A DNA stretch of 63,815 bases, counting the filler, from Octopus bimaculoides (Eukaryota), in the NCBI RefSeq assembly GCF_001194135.2. It is 7 parts of 7 records of this genome, joined end to end, with 100 filler letters (N's around TTAATTAATTAA, not from the genome) between each part and the next. Parts side by side here need not be neighbours in the genome. Positions count along the whole stretch, not along the records: positions 1 to 5,062 come from NC_068994.1; positions 5,163 to 25,693 come from NC_068990.1; 5 more parts are not named here. One strand, 5' to 3'. The translations under genes and the position numbers were made by a program. Shown one piece after another: positions 1 to 10,144 of the stretch. Within the stretch, counting starts at the first letter, position 1, and the number at the start of each line of letters is the position of its first letter. The notes beneath the pieces are model-generated. The model was not told the origin of the DNA and did no database searches. It worked only from the letters and a program-made list of their open reading frames with translations.

Positions 1-34
1 TATAGTTAGGCAGATAGACAGACATAGATAGATA

Positions 35-249
35 GGCAAGCTGGCAGAAACGTTAGCACGACGGGCGAAATGCTTAGCGGTATTTCTGAGTTCAAATTCC
101 GCCGGGGTCGACTTTGCCTTTCATCCTTTCGGGGTCGATAAATTAAGTACCAGTTATGCACTGGGGTCGATCTAGTCGACTTAATCCTTTTGTCTGTCCT
201 TGTTTGTCCCCTCTATGTTTAGCTCCTTGTGGGCAATAAAGAAATAAGA
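35..249 (+). mobile_element. SINE family A copy (tRNA-derived), long-tail variant
   Basis: Head GGCAAGCTGGCAGAAACGTTAGCACG, B-box-like GAGTTCAAATTCC, core GTCGACTTTGCCTTTCATCCTTTCGGGGTCGATAAATTAAGTACC, ends AATAAAGAAATAAG plus (GATA)n; more than 10 homologous copies in the window. Confidence 0.85.
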
Positions 250-252
250 TAG

Positions 253-302
<50 letters not shown>

Positions 303-459
303 GCAGAGACAGACAGACAGACAGATAGACAGACAGAAATATGAAAATGCATACAGAGCATAAAGACAATCTCCCTCTTCTTTTGTATTTGTGTGAATGA
401 AGGAGAGCCCTCATTCACACACACAGACACACACACACACACACTCATGGATAAATACA

Positions 460-736
460 CAGACAAACAGACAGACAGAGTGATACACATACACTCAGAC
501 ATTTCTATGTTTCTGCAAGGAATTATCACAAGAATAGAAGCATATCTGACAGTTCTTTGCCCCTTCAGTGATAATTCATTGCAGAAACGGAAGAATTTCG
601 TTGGTACGGAGGCGTTGAATAAATGTCAAATTTATATTTATAATAAAGAAACCATAAGCTTCTTTTCTTGACAACTTGTAGACTTCATACTGTGTGTGAA
701 GTATATATGTCGTCGGAGAAGAATAAATACCATGGC

Positions 737-778
<42 letters not shown>

Positions 779-1128
779 NNNNNNNNNNNNNNNNNNNNNN
801 NNNNNNNNNNNNNNNNNNNNNNNNNNNNNNNCAGACAAACAGACAGACAGAGTGATACACATACACTCAGACATTTCTATGTTTCTGCAAGGAATTATCA
901 CAAGAATAGAAGCATATCTGACAGTTCTTTGCCCCTTCAGTGATAATTCATTGCAGAAACGGAAGAATTTCGTTGGTACGGAGGCGTTGAATAAATGTCA
1001 AATTTATATTTATAATAAAGAAACCATAAGCTTCTTTTCTTGACAACTTGTAGACTTCATACTGTGTGTGAAGTATATATGTCGTCGGAGAAGAATAAAT
1101 ACCATGGCCTGTATATATATATATATAT
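460..1128. repeat. Identical ~290-bp direct duplication across an N gap (probable assembly artefact)
   Basis: 460-750 matches 832-1122 (offset 372) with no difference seen; copies are separated by (AT)n and 53 N. Confidence 0.8.
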
Positions 1129-1162
1129 ACACATATATACACACACACACATACTTTTTTAC

Positions 1163-1543
1163 ACATTTCAGTCATTTGACTTTGGCCATGCTAGAGCACT
1201 GCCTTTAGTTGAACAAATCAACCCCAGGACTTATTCTTTGTAAGCCTAGGACTTATCAGAATCTTTTGCCAAACCGCTAAGTTTTGAGGACATAAACACA
1301 CCAATATTGATTGTCAACTAATGGTGGTGGTGGTGGTGGGGGAACACAAACACAGACACAAACACATAAATATATATATATATATCTATACACCCAATGG
1401 GCTTCTTTCAGTTTCCATCTACCAAATCCACTCACAAGGCTTTGGTTGGCCTGAGGCTATGGTAGAAGACATTTGCCCAAGGTGCCACGCAGAGGGACTG
1501 AACCTGGAACCATGAGGTTGGGAAACAAGCTTTTTACCACACA

Positions 1544-1547
<4 letters not shown>
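1163..1547 (-). mobile_element. SINE family B copy (CORE-type), CpG-decayed
   Basis: Reverse complement carries GGCACCTTGGGCAAATGTCTTCTACCATAGCC (CORE-like), an internal microsatellite and the family B 3' end. Confidence 0.85.
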
Positions 1548-1607
<60 letters not shown>

Positions 1608-1643
1608 ATATAATATAATATGTGACAATTATTCGGTTGCCAT

Positions 1644-1704
1644 AATAAGACTCTGAGTTTCGGATGTCAGGGTGGAAACCTGCTCTGGCATCTCTTCAGT
1701 TATC
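1644..1704 (-). ncRNA. Type I hammerhead ribozyme motif, Penelope-type
   Basis: Minus strand: GATAA CTGAAGA GATGCCAG...CTGACATC C GAAAC TCAGA GTC^TTATT; core, long helix II, near-palindromic helix III and 5-bp helix I (one G.U) present. Confidence 0.6.
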
Positions 1705-2749
1705 GAGGCAATCAAAATATACTATAACCGTTAAACAAAGGGAAATTGCTATGTAATTGACCGTTATTAAGCCAAAAGAGCTGTTAGAATGACCGTTAAA
1801 TAAGGGGAAAAACCGAAGGGGAGGAAGGAAAAAGTAAAGGAGTAAAACTGCTCATAGCAATCGCGTATGTGCGCATGTATATGCATATGCATGCGTGCAC
1901 GCACACCTACGTACATGTGCCTATATGCATATGCTCACTCACACTCGCATGAAACACACACTCATGCGCACCTACACATACACCAGTAGATGCACATATA
2001 TATGCAACCACGCATCATGCATGTACACGTATACATATCCACACACTGCACACACACACACATACACACACACACACATATATATATGCAGTGGGGAGTA
2101 TATTTGCATTTATATATATAAATATAGATAGATAGATATACATACATATGTATGTATGCATATTGAATGTAGCCATGGGAATGCATGTGTGTGTGTGTGC
2201 ACAGAGATAAAGAGAAAGAGAGATTAAAAGAAGAGACAGGGTAGGAGAGAGAGAGAGAGGGAGAGAGGGAGAGTGAGCGTGAGAGAGTTAAATTTATTTA
2301 AAGTCTAATGATTGATATTATGAGAATGTCAGTCCAAAAATTGCAGGAAATTGTTAGTTAGGAAACCCCTGTTGAGATACAGAAACAAGAGTCAAGGTAG
2401 TTTATTCTTACAGGAAGATGGCCATTTTTCATGGCAGACAATGTTATTGTGATTGTTACAGGGCATTGACATCGCTTAATTATTGTCTTTTATTCTTTCA
2501 TGTTTCAGCAGCCAAAAAAAACAATATATATATAAAATAAATAAATCAATAAATAAATGCACTCAAAGGTCTGGCTTTTGGTGTTTTCATGTTGTTGTTG
2601 TTGTTGTTGTTTGGTTTTGTGACAGTTAAAGAAGGAAGACGATCTACTTTGAAGAAACTAAATGTTACTGCCAAGAATTTGACCCAAGCATATCCAGAAA
2701 AAAACAGTATTTGGCAATACAACATTCACTGCTGTTGTTGCTGCTGCTG

Positions 2750-2792
<43 letters not shown>

Positions 2793-2859
2793 CACCATTA
2801 CTATTACTTGAAGAAACTGGGGTGCTGATTTTTGAACAGCACTGATAATGCTTCAAATT

Positions 2860-3073
2860 TTGGCACAAGGCCAACCATTTTGGGATTGGTAGGTGAATCG
2901 GTTAGATTGACCCCCCCCCTCCACCTCAGTGTATAACTGGTACTTATTTTATTGACATGAAAAAGGTGAGAGACAAAGATGACTTCAGTGGAATTTGAAC
3001 TCAAAACATAAAGACGGAGGAAGCTAAGCATTTCGTCTGGCGTGCTTATGATTCTGTCAGCTTGTTGCCTTAG
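2860..3073 (-). mobile_element. SINE family A copy, degraded
   Basis: Reverse-complement match to the family A head, core and short-tail 3' end. Confidence 0.7.
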
Positions 3074-3098
3074 TAACAATGGTAATAATCCTGTCTGC

Positions 3099-3305
3099 CA
3101 AAGAAGGCAGAGAGCTGGTAGAACCATTAGCACGCCAGGTGAAATGCTTAGCGGTATTTTGTTCTGAGTTCAAATTCCACCGAGGTTGATTTTGCCTTTC
3201 ATCCTTTCGGGGTCGATAAATTAAGTACCAGTTGCATACTGGTATTGATTTAATCAACCGGCCTCCTCCTCCAAAATTTCAAGCCTTGCGCCTAGAGTAG
3301 GAAAG
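3099..3305 (+). mobile_element. SINE family A copy with target-site duplication
   Basis: Full head-core-tail; flanked by AATCCTGTCTGC (3087-3098) and AATCCTGCCTGC (3306-3317). Confidence 0.85.
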
Positions 3306-3324
3306 AATCCTGCCTGCTGAAGGC

Positions 3325-3519
3325 ACAGATCCTGAAATTTGGTGGGAGTGGGGAGTCAATTATATTGACCCCATTACGCAACTGGTACTTATTTTATCGA
3401 CCCAGAAAGGATGAAAGGCAAAGCTGACCTTGAAGGAATTTGAACTCAGAACGTAAAGATGGAGGAAGTACTACCAAGCATTTTGCCAGGCATGCTAATG
3501 ATTCTGAAAGCTCACTGCC

Positions 3520-3520
<1 letters not shown>
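3325..3520 (-). mobile_element. SINE family A copy
   Basis: Reverse-complement match to core (ACTGGTACTTATTTTATCGACCCAGAAAGGATGAAAGGCAAAG on + strand). Confidence 0.75.
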
Positions 3521-3556
<36 letters not shown>

Positions 3557-3559
<3 letters not shown>

Positions 3560-3731
3560 GGTATGCGATAAAGAAGAAAGAAAAGTCGATAGATATGACA
3601 GGTTAGCTTGGGAGGTTAAGCAGCTGTGGTCCATGAAAAAGGTAGCAGTAGTACCAATAATTGTTGGAGCCCTGGGGACAGTGAGTAAAAAGCTTGAGAG
3701 CAGCTGGTGGGAAATATCAGTGAGGTGCTAA
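3557..3731 (+). mobile_element. R4/Dong-like non-LTR retrotransposon fragment (restriction-like endonuclease C-terminus)
   Basis: Translates KVDRYDRLAWEVKQLWSMKKVAVVPIIVGALGTVSKKL, matching the K-Y-x-x-L...LW...VVPIVIGALG motif; begins right after (TAA)n at 3521-3554. Confidence 0.75.
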
Positions 3732-4574
3732 AATAAAGTGAGAAATAGCAATGGCTGTGGAAGGAGGATAAATTGATCATAAGGGATAGGGGAGGGGACG
3801 TGAAAAGTGAATGAGCAATATAAACAATGTATGCCCTTGTCTTTATTCCCTTAGAATTCTGGAATTCTGTTAGGATGCAGTGAGCTTCATGGTCAAAACA
3901 TGCGAGAAAAATATTCAAGACAACAGCTAAACTAGTTTTGTCTGTCAGTAAACGTTTGTAAACTGCCCAATTCTGCACTGATAACTTATCTTTCTTTTCA
4001 CCGATTGATTGATTGGTCTATATTTAGTCTGACTGGATTTCAACATGGAGTTTGCCAATTCCTGCTATATTGGGAATTTGGCAAAGCACCAAGTCTGGAA
4101 TTCATGATAAACCAGCAATATTGCTTGAACGGGTTTAAATACTTTTGATAAGGATTTGTTAGTTTGCAACGTTCAGTTGGTGTCCCTTAAGGGTGGTGCT
4201 ATACTGGTTAGGGTAGAAATGCCAATGTTACAGGAAGGAAGTGGTGTGAAGGGTAGGGGTTAGCTTTCAGTTGTTTCATTACTAAGTAATTTAGCTCAAT
4301 GGTCCAGAGCTAACCAGCAGAATGGTGCCATTTGAAGGCTAAAATGATGCAAAGTGCATTGTGACCAGCGATGTGTAACAACTTCTGATAGTCTGGTTGG
4401 TCATGTGATCACATGATATATATCATAATTAAAGAGGATATTGGAAGTGAAGAATGTTGATGGATGAAAACTTGAAATGGAAAAGTTTAAAACAAGGAAA
4501 TTTGTATCATTGAATGAGGGGAAGTCACCAGTGGATTTGTATCAAAAGGGGTCAAGCCTATTTTATCTTTTATC

Positions 4575-4880
4575 TTCTATGTGTTTCAATCATTAGATTG
4601 CGGCCATGATGGGGCACCACTTAGAAGGATTTTTATCAAACAAACAAAACAAAAACAAACAATAAAGCAAAAATAAATAATAAAATAAAACTATTTGTAC
4701 TTCTAAATTTTTCTAATTTCGAATTATCTACATTTTTTGTTTTTTGTTTTGGTTTCTTAGTACTTATAAACTTAGTAGTTATTCCATCGATCTCATTTGC
4801 CAAACCACTGAGTTATGGGGATGTAAGCATGCATGTCAACATTGGTTGTCAAGCAATGATGGGAGGGGGGGACAAATACA
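4575..4880 (-). mobile_element. SINE family B 3' half, degraded
   Basis: GCGGCCATGATGGGGCACC and TTGGTTGTCAAGCAATGATGGG match the family B 3' region in reverse. Confidence 0.6.
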
Positions 4881-4881
4881 T

Positions 4882-4916
<35 letters not shown>

Positions 4917-4917
4917 C

Positions 4918-5062
4918 AGAGTACTTAAGATCAGACTAGTGCTTCATCATAGATTAGCTACTGTCATCTCAGCCTATGCACCTCAACCTGGGCTACCAGA
5001 TGGTCTGAAAGACCAATTCTATGACACCCTCTTGCAAACTACCTCGTCGACGAGTGACAGGG
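4918..5062 (+). mobile_element. RTE-type LINE apurinic endonuclease fragment
   Basis: RVLKIRLVLHHRLATVISAYAPQPGLPDGLKDQFYDTL contains the ISAYAPQ motif of RTE-clade APE domains; truncated by a gap. Confidence 0.75.
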
Positions 5063-5106
5063 NNNNNNNNNNNNNNNNNNNNNNNNNNNNNNNNNNNNNN
5101 NNNNNN

Positions 5107-5118
5107 TTAATTAATTAA
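5107..5118. other. Artificial scaffold spacer TTAATTAATTAA (also at 25738, 40683, 46836, 52867, 62495)
   Basis: All six are the same 12-mer (stop codons in all six frames) flanked by exactly 44 N on each side, 100 bp in total. Confidence 0.95.
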
Positions 5119-5162
5119 NNNNNNNNNNNNNNNNNNNNNNNNNNNNNNNNNNNNNNNNNNNN

Positions 5163-6281
5163 AGGCGCTCCGTGTGCTGCCAGGAACCGCTAAAGGGTGG
5201 TTTGGGGATGCCCTGGCTAATGATGCGCAGACATGCGTTGAGGCTGAGACATCTCTTGTGCCACCTGGAGGGTGATAAGGTATGGAGTCCATTGGCGAAG
5301 GAGTTCTTACCGCGACCGGCCTCGCTGGAAAGATTTAAACCCGGTCTCATTAGAAGACGTAATCTGACTTTATGGCAGAAGGAGTGCCGTCAAGCATTCT
5401 GGATTATCCACAGGACGGGCAAGGCTGGCTGCGGGAATACCACTTCGGTATTCTACAGAGTGCTAGTTGAGGGGAAATCGATGACGTCCTAGGAGAGGCT
5501 CTGGGGTTCGACGAGAACCTACTTACCAACCTGTTTCGTAAAACCTTCAAGTCGGAGTACTTGGATAATTTCCAAAAATCTCTGACTTGGCAGTGTTACA
5601 GGAATGCTCTACCTGTTCGCGAGAAGTTATCCAGGCACAGTTTTGCAGTGCCACCGACATGTCCAAGATGCGAGCAGGACAGTGAAACTGTCCAACACGC
5701 TTTTGTACATTGTCGGCAGCTCTCCAGCTTGGTAATTTATGTAGAACACGTGTTGTCACATGTGGGACGAGTACAGCTGTCGGCTGGGTCATTGATAAAG
5801 ATGATACCGTCAACTGGACTCTCAAAGGAAGGTGAGGCTTACTTTTTCTGTACGGTAGCAGTGTTGAAAGAGTGCATATGGAGGACAAGAATAGAAGGTT
5901 TTGAGACAGGGTCCTACATATCCGGCCCTGGTTTGCTGACTTACTTCAAATACCACCTGAAGAGCAAGATAGGGCTGGAAAAGAGAGCCCTGTCAGCTAG
6001 AGTATATGAACAGAGATGGAAGGAAGTGGTGAAAAAGGTGGGTGTGAGTCACCCAAACTAATCATTGGAAAAATAAAAGGTGAGCTGCTGGGCCTTATAG
6101 GCTGCCGGGTTGAAAAACCCAATCTTTTTAATATAAAATATATATACATTTGTGTAGGTGTATGTNNNNNNNNNNTCAATCGTTAATTTTTAGAAGATCA
6201 TAGAACTCATACATTTTGTTTATTTGTTTGTCCTGTATTGTACCTATCTTTGTATTCGATCCATAGTGATCAGAATAAAAA
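5163..6281 (+). mobile_element. Tx1/L1-clade LINE 3' portion (zf-RVT region and 3' UTR), disrupted
   Basis: ORF 5561-6061 has W..YRNALPVREKL...CPRCEQDSETVQHAFVHC (CX2CX8HX4C) and a later IWRTR motif; upstream frame broken by a stop and a frameshift; 3' UTR ends in AATAAAAA at about 6274-6281. Confidence 0.8.
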
Positions 6282-6563
6282 TTTATCAACCAGCTAGTCT
6301 TGCTACTTCAGGCTGATGACGAGCAAAGACTCAGAAACATGTCCCTGAATGCAGGCTAGGCTGGGTGGAGGAGTTTGTCTCCCTCTCGCAAACATAAGGA
6401 CACAGTAAATGTGTCAAGGCCGACAGGAAGCGGTCCAGCTTCCTAGGGCTAAACAGTAGTAGTATATTCCCTTATTAGGATTGTCACATTAAGTTGACAA
6501 TATACAACAACTTTATCGCATCACTACTGCTTAAATCTCTCTGAGAGATTTAGAAATGTGTTA

Positions 6564-6568
<5 letters not shown>
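6282..6568 (+). mobile_element. Retrozyme-like structured repeat, subfamily 1
   Basis: Colinear homology along its length with the 42742-43195 minus-strand unit: TTTATCA, hammerhead, hairpins, GGGCTAAA, TAGGA..GTCACAT, GAGATTTA. Confidence 0.7.
6290..6364 (+). ncRNA. Type I hammerhead ribozyme with extended helix I
   Basis: TTCAGG(6307-12) CTGATGA C GAG CAAAGA CTC A GAAAC AT GTC^CCTGAA(6344-49); distal helix CCAGCTAGTCTTGC pairs with GCAGGCTAGGCTGG; predicted cleavage after 6343. Confidence 0.8.
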
Positions 6569-6596
<28 letters not shown>

Positions 6597-7813
6597 NNNN
6601 NNNNNNNNNNNNNNNNNNNNNNNNNNNNNNNNNNNNNNNNNNNNNNNNNNNNNNNNNNNNNNNNNNNNNNNNNNNNNNNNNNNNNNNNNNNNNNNNNNNN
6701 NNNNNNNNNNNNNNNNNNNNNNNNNNNNNNNNNNNNNNNNNNNNNNNNNNNNNNNNNNNNNNNNNNNNNNNNNNNNNNNNNNNNNNNNNNNNNNNNNNNN
6801 NNNNNNNNNNNNNNNNNNNNNATATATTCATACATACGTATATATATATATTTGTATATGCGCAAACGCATATTTGTGCATGCATACATTTATATATTTT
6901 TTCAACGTTAGCCTTATAAAACCTTTAAGATGGTTTGCAATGTTGGCATGTTCGGCGTCCTTACCCCAACTTTTTAACATATTTCTCACAGAACATAGTT
7001 ATTGGCTGTTAGCTGAAATGCTGTCATCCTTAATCTTATTGTCTTATTTTACTGTTTCAGCTTTCCTTGTTTTCATCTTCGTTTATCAACGCTTTTATAT
7101 ACGTTTTCTCGCGTAAATTCCATACGTGGCTTTTATTACTTCCTGGTTGTCGTATAACTCATTTGTTAGGATGTTCCAATAATTTATGTATGTTAACTGT
7201 TTAGAATTATCGCTAAACTAAATACACTTTCGGGTTTTTGTCTCCGACTATCCCTCCGACGCCAAAGGAATTTTATTGTCCCGCGTGAGTTTTTCTTATC
7301 CTTCCTTCACTTTAGTTCTCCCACCTCCCCTACTTCTTTACCTAACATCTTTCGCCTTCGATTAAGTAACATCCATAAACACACTTACCTTATTTACTTT
7401 CAGAGCGACTTACCAACTAACAATTAATTACATTGATCATTTGATTTTGATTTTGTGATTTTCGACTTGCCATTTGTACTATGGCTGAATTGAGGAATCG
7501 TTTACTCATCTCCACCCGACTATGTAAACACATGAAGGTAACTGGACGTGAAGATTAGCTAAGCAGGTTTTATTTGTGTTATGTAACAAACATTGTTTTT
7601 GCTTTGAAACTTTTGTAGTCTTCATTTACTTTTCCCATTCCTTTCATTCTTGGATTTTTATTCACATTTTCAGCTACTTTTGTTGTTAAACCATGGGTTG
7701 TATGGTGACTGCTAGCTTAAAAGAATTTCCTTTCATTTCAATATGAGACGAAGTGTGTAACTTACGACGGTTAATAAACTCCCTTTATCGTACATGTCCA
7801 CATTTTGTCATCT

Positions 7814-8203
7814 ATAGGCGCAGGAGTGGCTTCATAGGCGCAGGAGTGGCTGTGTGGTAAGTAGCTTGTTTACCAACCACACCTTGGCCAAATGTCTTCT
7901 AGTGTAGCCTTGTGAGTGGATTTGGTAGACGGAAACTGAAAGAAGTCCGTCGTATATATGTATATAAACATATATATATATATGTGTGTGTGTGTATATG
8001 TTTGTGTGTCTCTGTTAGTCCCCCCAACATCGCTTGACAACCGATGCTGGTGTGTTTACGTCCTTGTACTTAGCGGCTCGGCAAAAGACACCGATAGAAT
8101 AAGTACTAGGCTTACAAAGAATAAGTCTTGGGGTCGATTTGCTCGACTAAAGGCGGTACTCCAGCACGGCCGCAGTGAAAAGACTGAAACAAGTAAAAGA
8201 GTA
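7814..8203 (+). mobile_element. SINE family B copy (CORE-type), CpG intact, duplicated 5' end
   Basis: GGCGCAGGAGTGGCTGTGTGGTAAGTAGC head, CACCTTGGCCAAATGTCTTCT core, internal (AT)/(GT) repeat, 3' end GAAACAAGTAAAAGAG. Confidence 0.9.
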
Positions 8204-8644
8204 TACTGGCTGTATACGTGTTAGAAGTTACTAACTACATACATCACTATCTTTGGTTCATCGTAACCTTTTGCTATATATATATATATATAATCGCTAT
8301 GCAAATCACATATTTTCCTTCCGACATAGGGGCAAAACCAAAGTTACGAAGTTGTTTTGCCACGTATGAAATTTGAAACCGAACGCAACACCACATACAA
8401 TAAAGTGGAAAATAGTTTTAAAAATCCACAAAAAAAAAAAAAGGGTTATGCATAGCTGAAAGAACTCAGATCTTTTTCAGATCTAAGAACTCTAATCCAA
8501 TGCTGAACTTTAGATCCGAAATTCTCAGCGGTTGTAAGCAGATGCCAAAGTTCTCGCTGGTGAATTGGGAAGTACTTCCCCGCTGTATCAATAACTGTAC
8601 CATAAGCTCTAAGCCACTATCTCTTCAAATTTACCGTGTATATA

Positions 8645-8690
<46 letters not shown>

Positions 8691-8718
8691 TGTGTGTATT
8701 TCATATACAAATAAAATA

Positions 8719-8920
8719 GTGTTTTCTACTATAGGCACAAGGCCCGAAGTTGTGGGGAAGGGGACAATCGATTACATCGACCCCAGTACGTAACTGGTAC
8801 TTAATTTGTCGACCCCGAAAAAATGAAAAGCAAAGTCGACCCCGGCGGAATTTGAACTCAGAACGTGCAGACAGAAAGCATTTCGCCCGGCGTGCTAACG
8901 TGTCTGCCAGCTCGCCGCCT
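8719..8920 (-). mobile_element. SINE family A copy with 15-bp TSD
   Basis: Flanked by TATACAAATAAAATA (8704-8718) and TATGCAAATAAAATA (8921-8935). Confidence 0.9.
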
Positions 8921-9395
8921 TATGCAAATAAAATATTACATAACCGGATCGGCGTAGAACAGTAAAGTGCTGTCAACTATCAACGCGCATAAGGGGTTGG
9001 GGAATTTGTGTTAATCAGTTACAGCACTCGGATTGTAAGTATTTCGTATTTCGATCGTACACATATAAATATTTGTTTGCTGGATTACCACAGAAATTTT
9101 GGAATTGGTCAATCTGTGTCTAAGAATATTGCGAAATATTTCTATTTAAAGAATGCTTAATAAGTTTGTATGTGATATTAAGGAAGCCAAAGTAATTTCA
9201 TGTTATGTAAATCAATTTAGAATTAAGTGTTCTAAAACCATCATAATAATCGTTGGGGAAAATGGTTCTTTCTCAAGAGAATTATTAACTGTGCACGCTT
9301 AGAATTAGATCTCACTGGCAAACTCCGATAAAACAATCTGAGTGTGCGCAAACTTGGAAACAACATTCCGGAAATCCATCATTATTATCCTGTTC

Positions 9396-9606
9396 AGCCT
9401 AAGGCGGCAATCTCGCAGAATCGTTAGCACACTGGGAGAAAAACTTAGCGGTATTTCTTCTGCCGTTACATTTTGAGTTAAAATTCCGCCGAGGTTGACT
9501 TTTCCATTCGGAGTTGATAAATTATGTACCAGTGAAACACTGGGGATCGATGTAATCGATTATCCCCCTCCCACAAATTTCAGACCTTGTGATTATTGTA
9601 GAAAGG
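9396..9606 (+). mobile_element. SINE family A copy with perfect 15-bp TSD
   Basis: ATTATTATCCTGTTC at 9381-9395 and 9607-9621. Confidence 0.9.
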
Positions 9607-10144
9607 ATTATTATCCTGTTCGGTCTGCACGGGTTCCTTCATGTCCGTTTCCATTTTGTTCTTAGGTATTCTAATGATACATTTGCAAACAAGACAATGC
9701 TAATACTTAGACAAAATGCAAACAACTCTTCAACTAACAGACAGAAACCTTATCCATTTTGCCACTACTTAAGAAACTGCAAGCCAACTACATTGTAACA
9801 ACACTTTATCAACATTTATTCAATCCTCGAATATACTAGATATTGATTAAAAAAAACTAAAGAACTATTTGTTCTGGTGCTGCGATTAGAAATACTATTC
9901 ATGTTACTAACAGCTGGAATTGAAATATTTGTTTATGTTTGTCATCATGTTTACTTGAATTACGATTCTCTTGAAATTGCTTGCACTATAGAGATTCTTA
10001 ACTGATCGTAATTTCTTAAATTGCCCAGCTGGACTGTTTAGTATGAATGTGCAGTTTATTATGAAAAGAAATTAAATACAGAGACAAACATATGTAAGAA
10101 ATAAAATTACTGGACATCCATCTTTTATCCGGGAACCAAGACCG

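Noticed and set aside
35-130. tRNA genes in SINE heads
   Set aside because: A and B boxes are present, but there is no complete cloverleaf and each runs into a SINE body.
460-1128. Recent tandem duplication
   Set aside because: Identical copies on either side of a microsatellite-bounded gap are typical of an uncollapsed contig overlap.
3740-4260. Penelope RT fragment or host exon
   Set aside because: Only vague similarity; no diagnostic motif or splice signals.
5107-5118. Recurring TTAATTAATTAA motif (six times) as a biological element
   Set aside because: Always centred in an exact 44N-12-44N block; it is a synthetic all-frame-stop scaffold marker.
4918-6281. Single chimeric LINE with RTE endonuclease and Tx1 zinc finger
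   Set aside because: The two parts are separated by an artificial join of unknown size and orientation, so linkage cannot be assumed.
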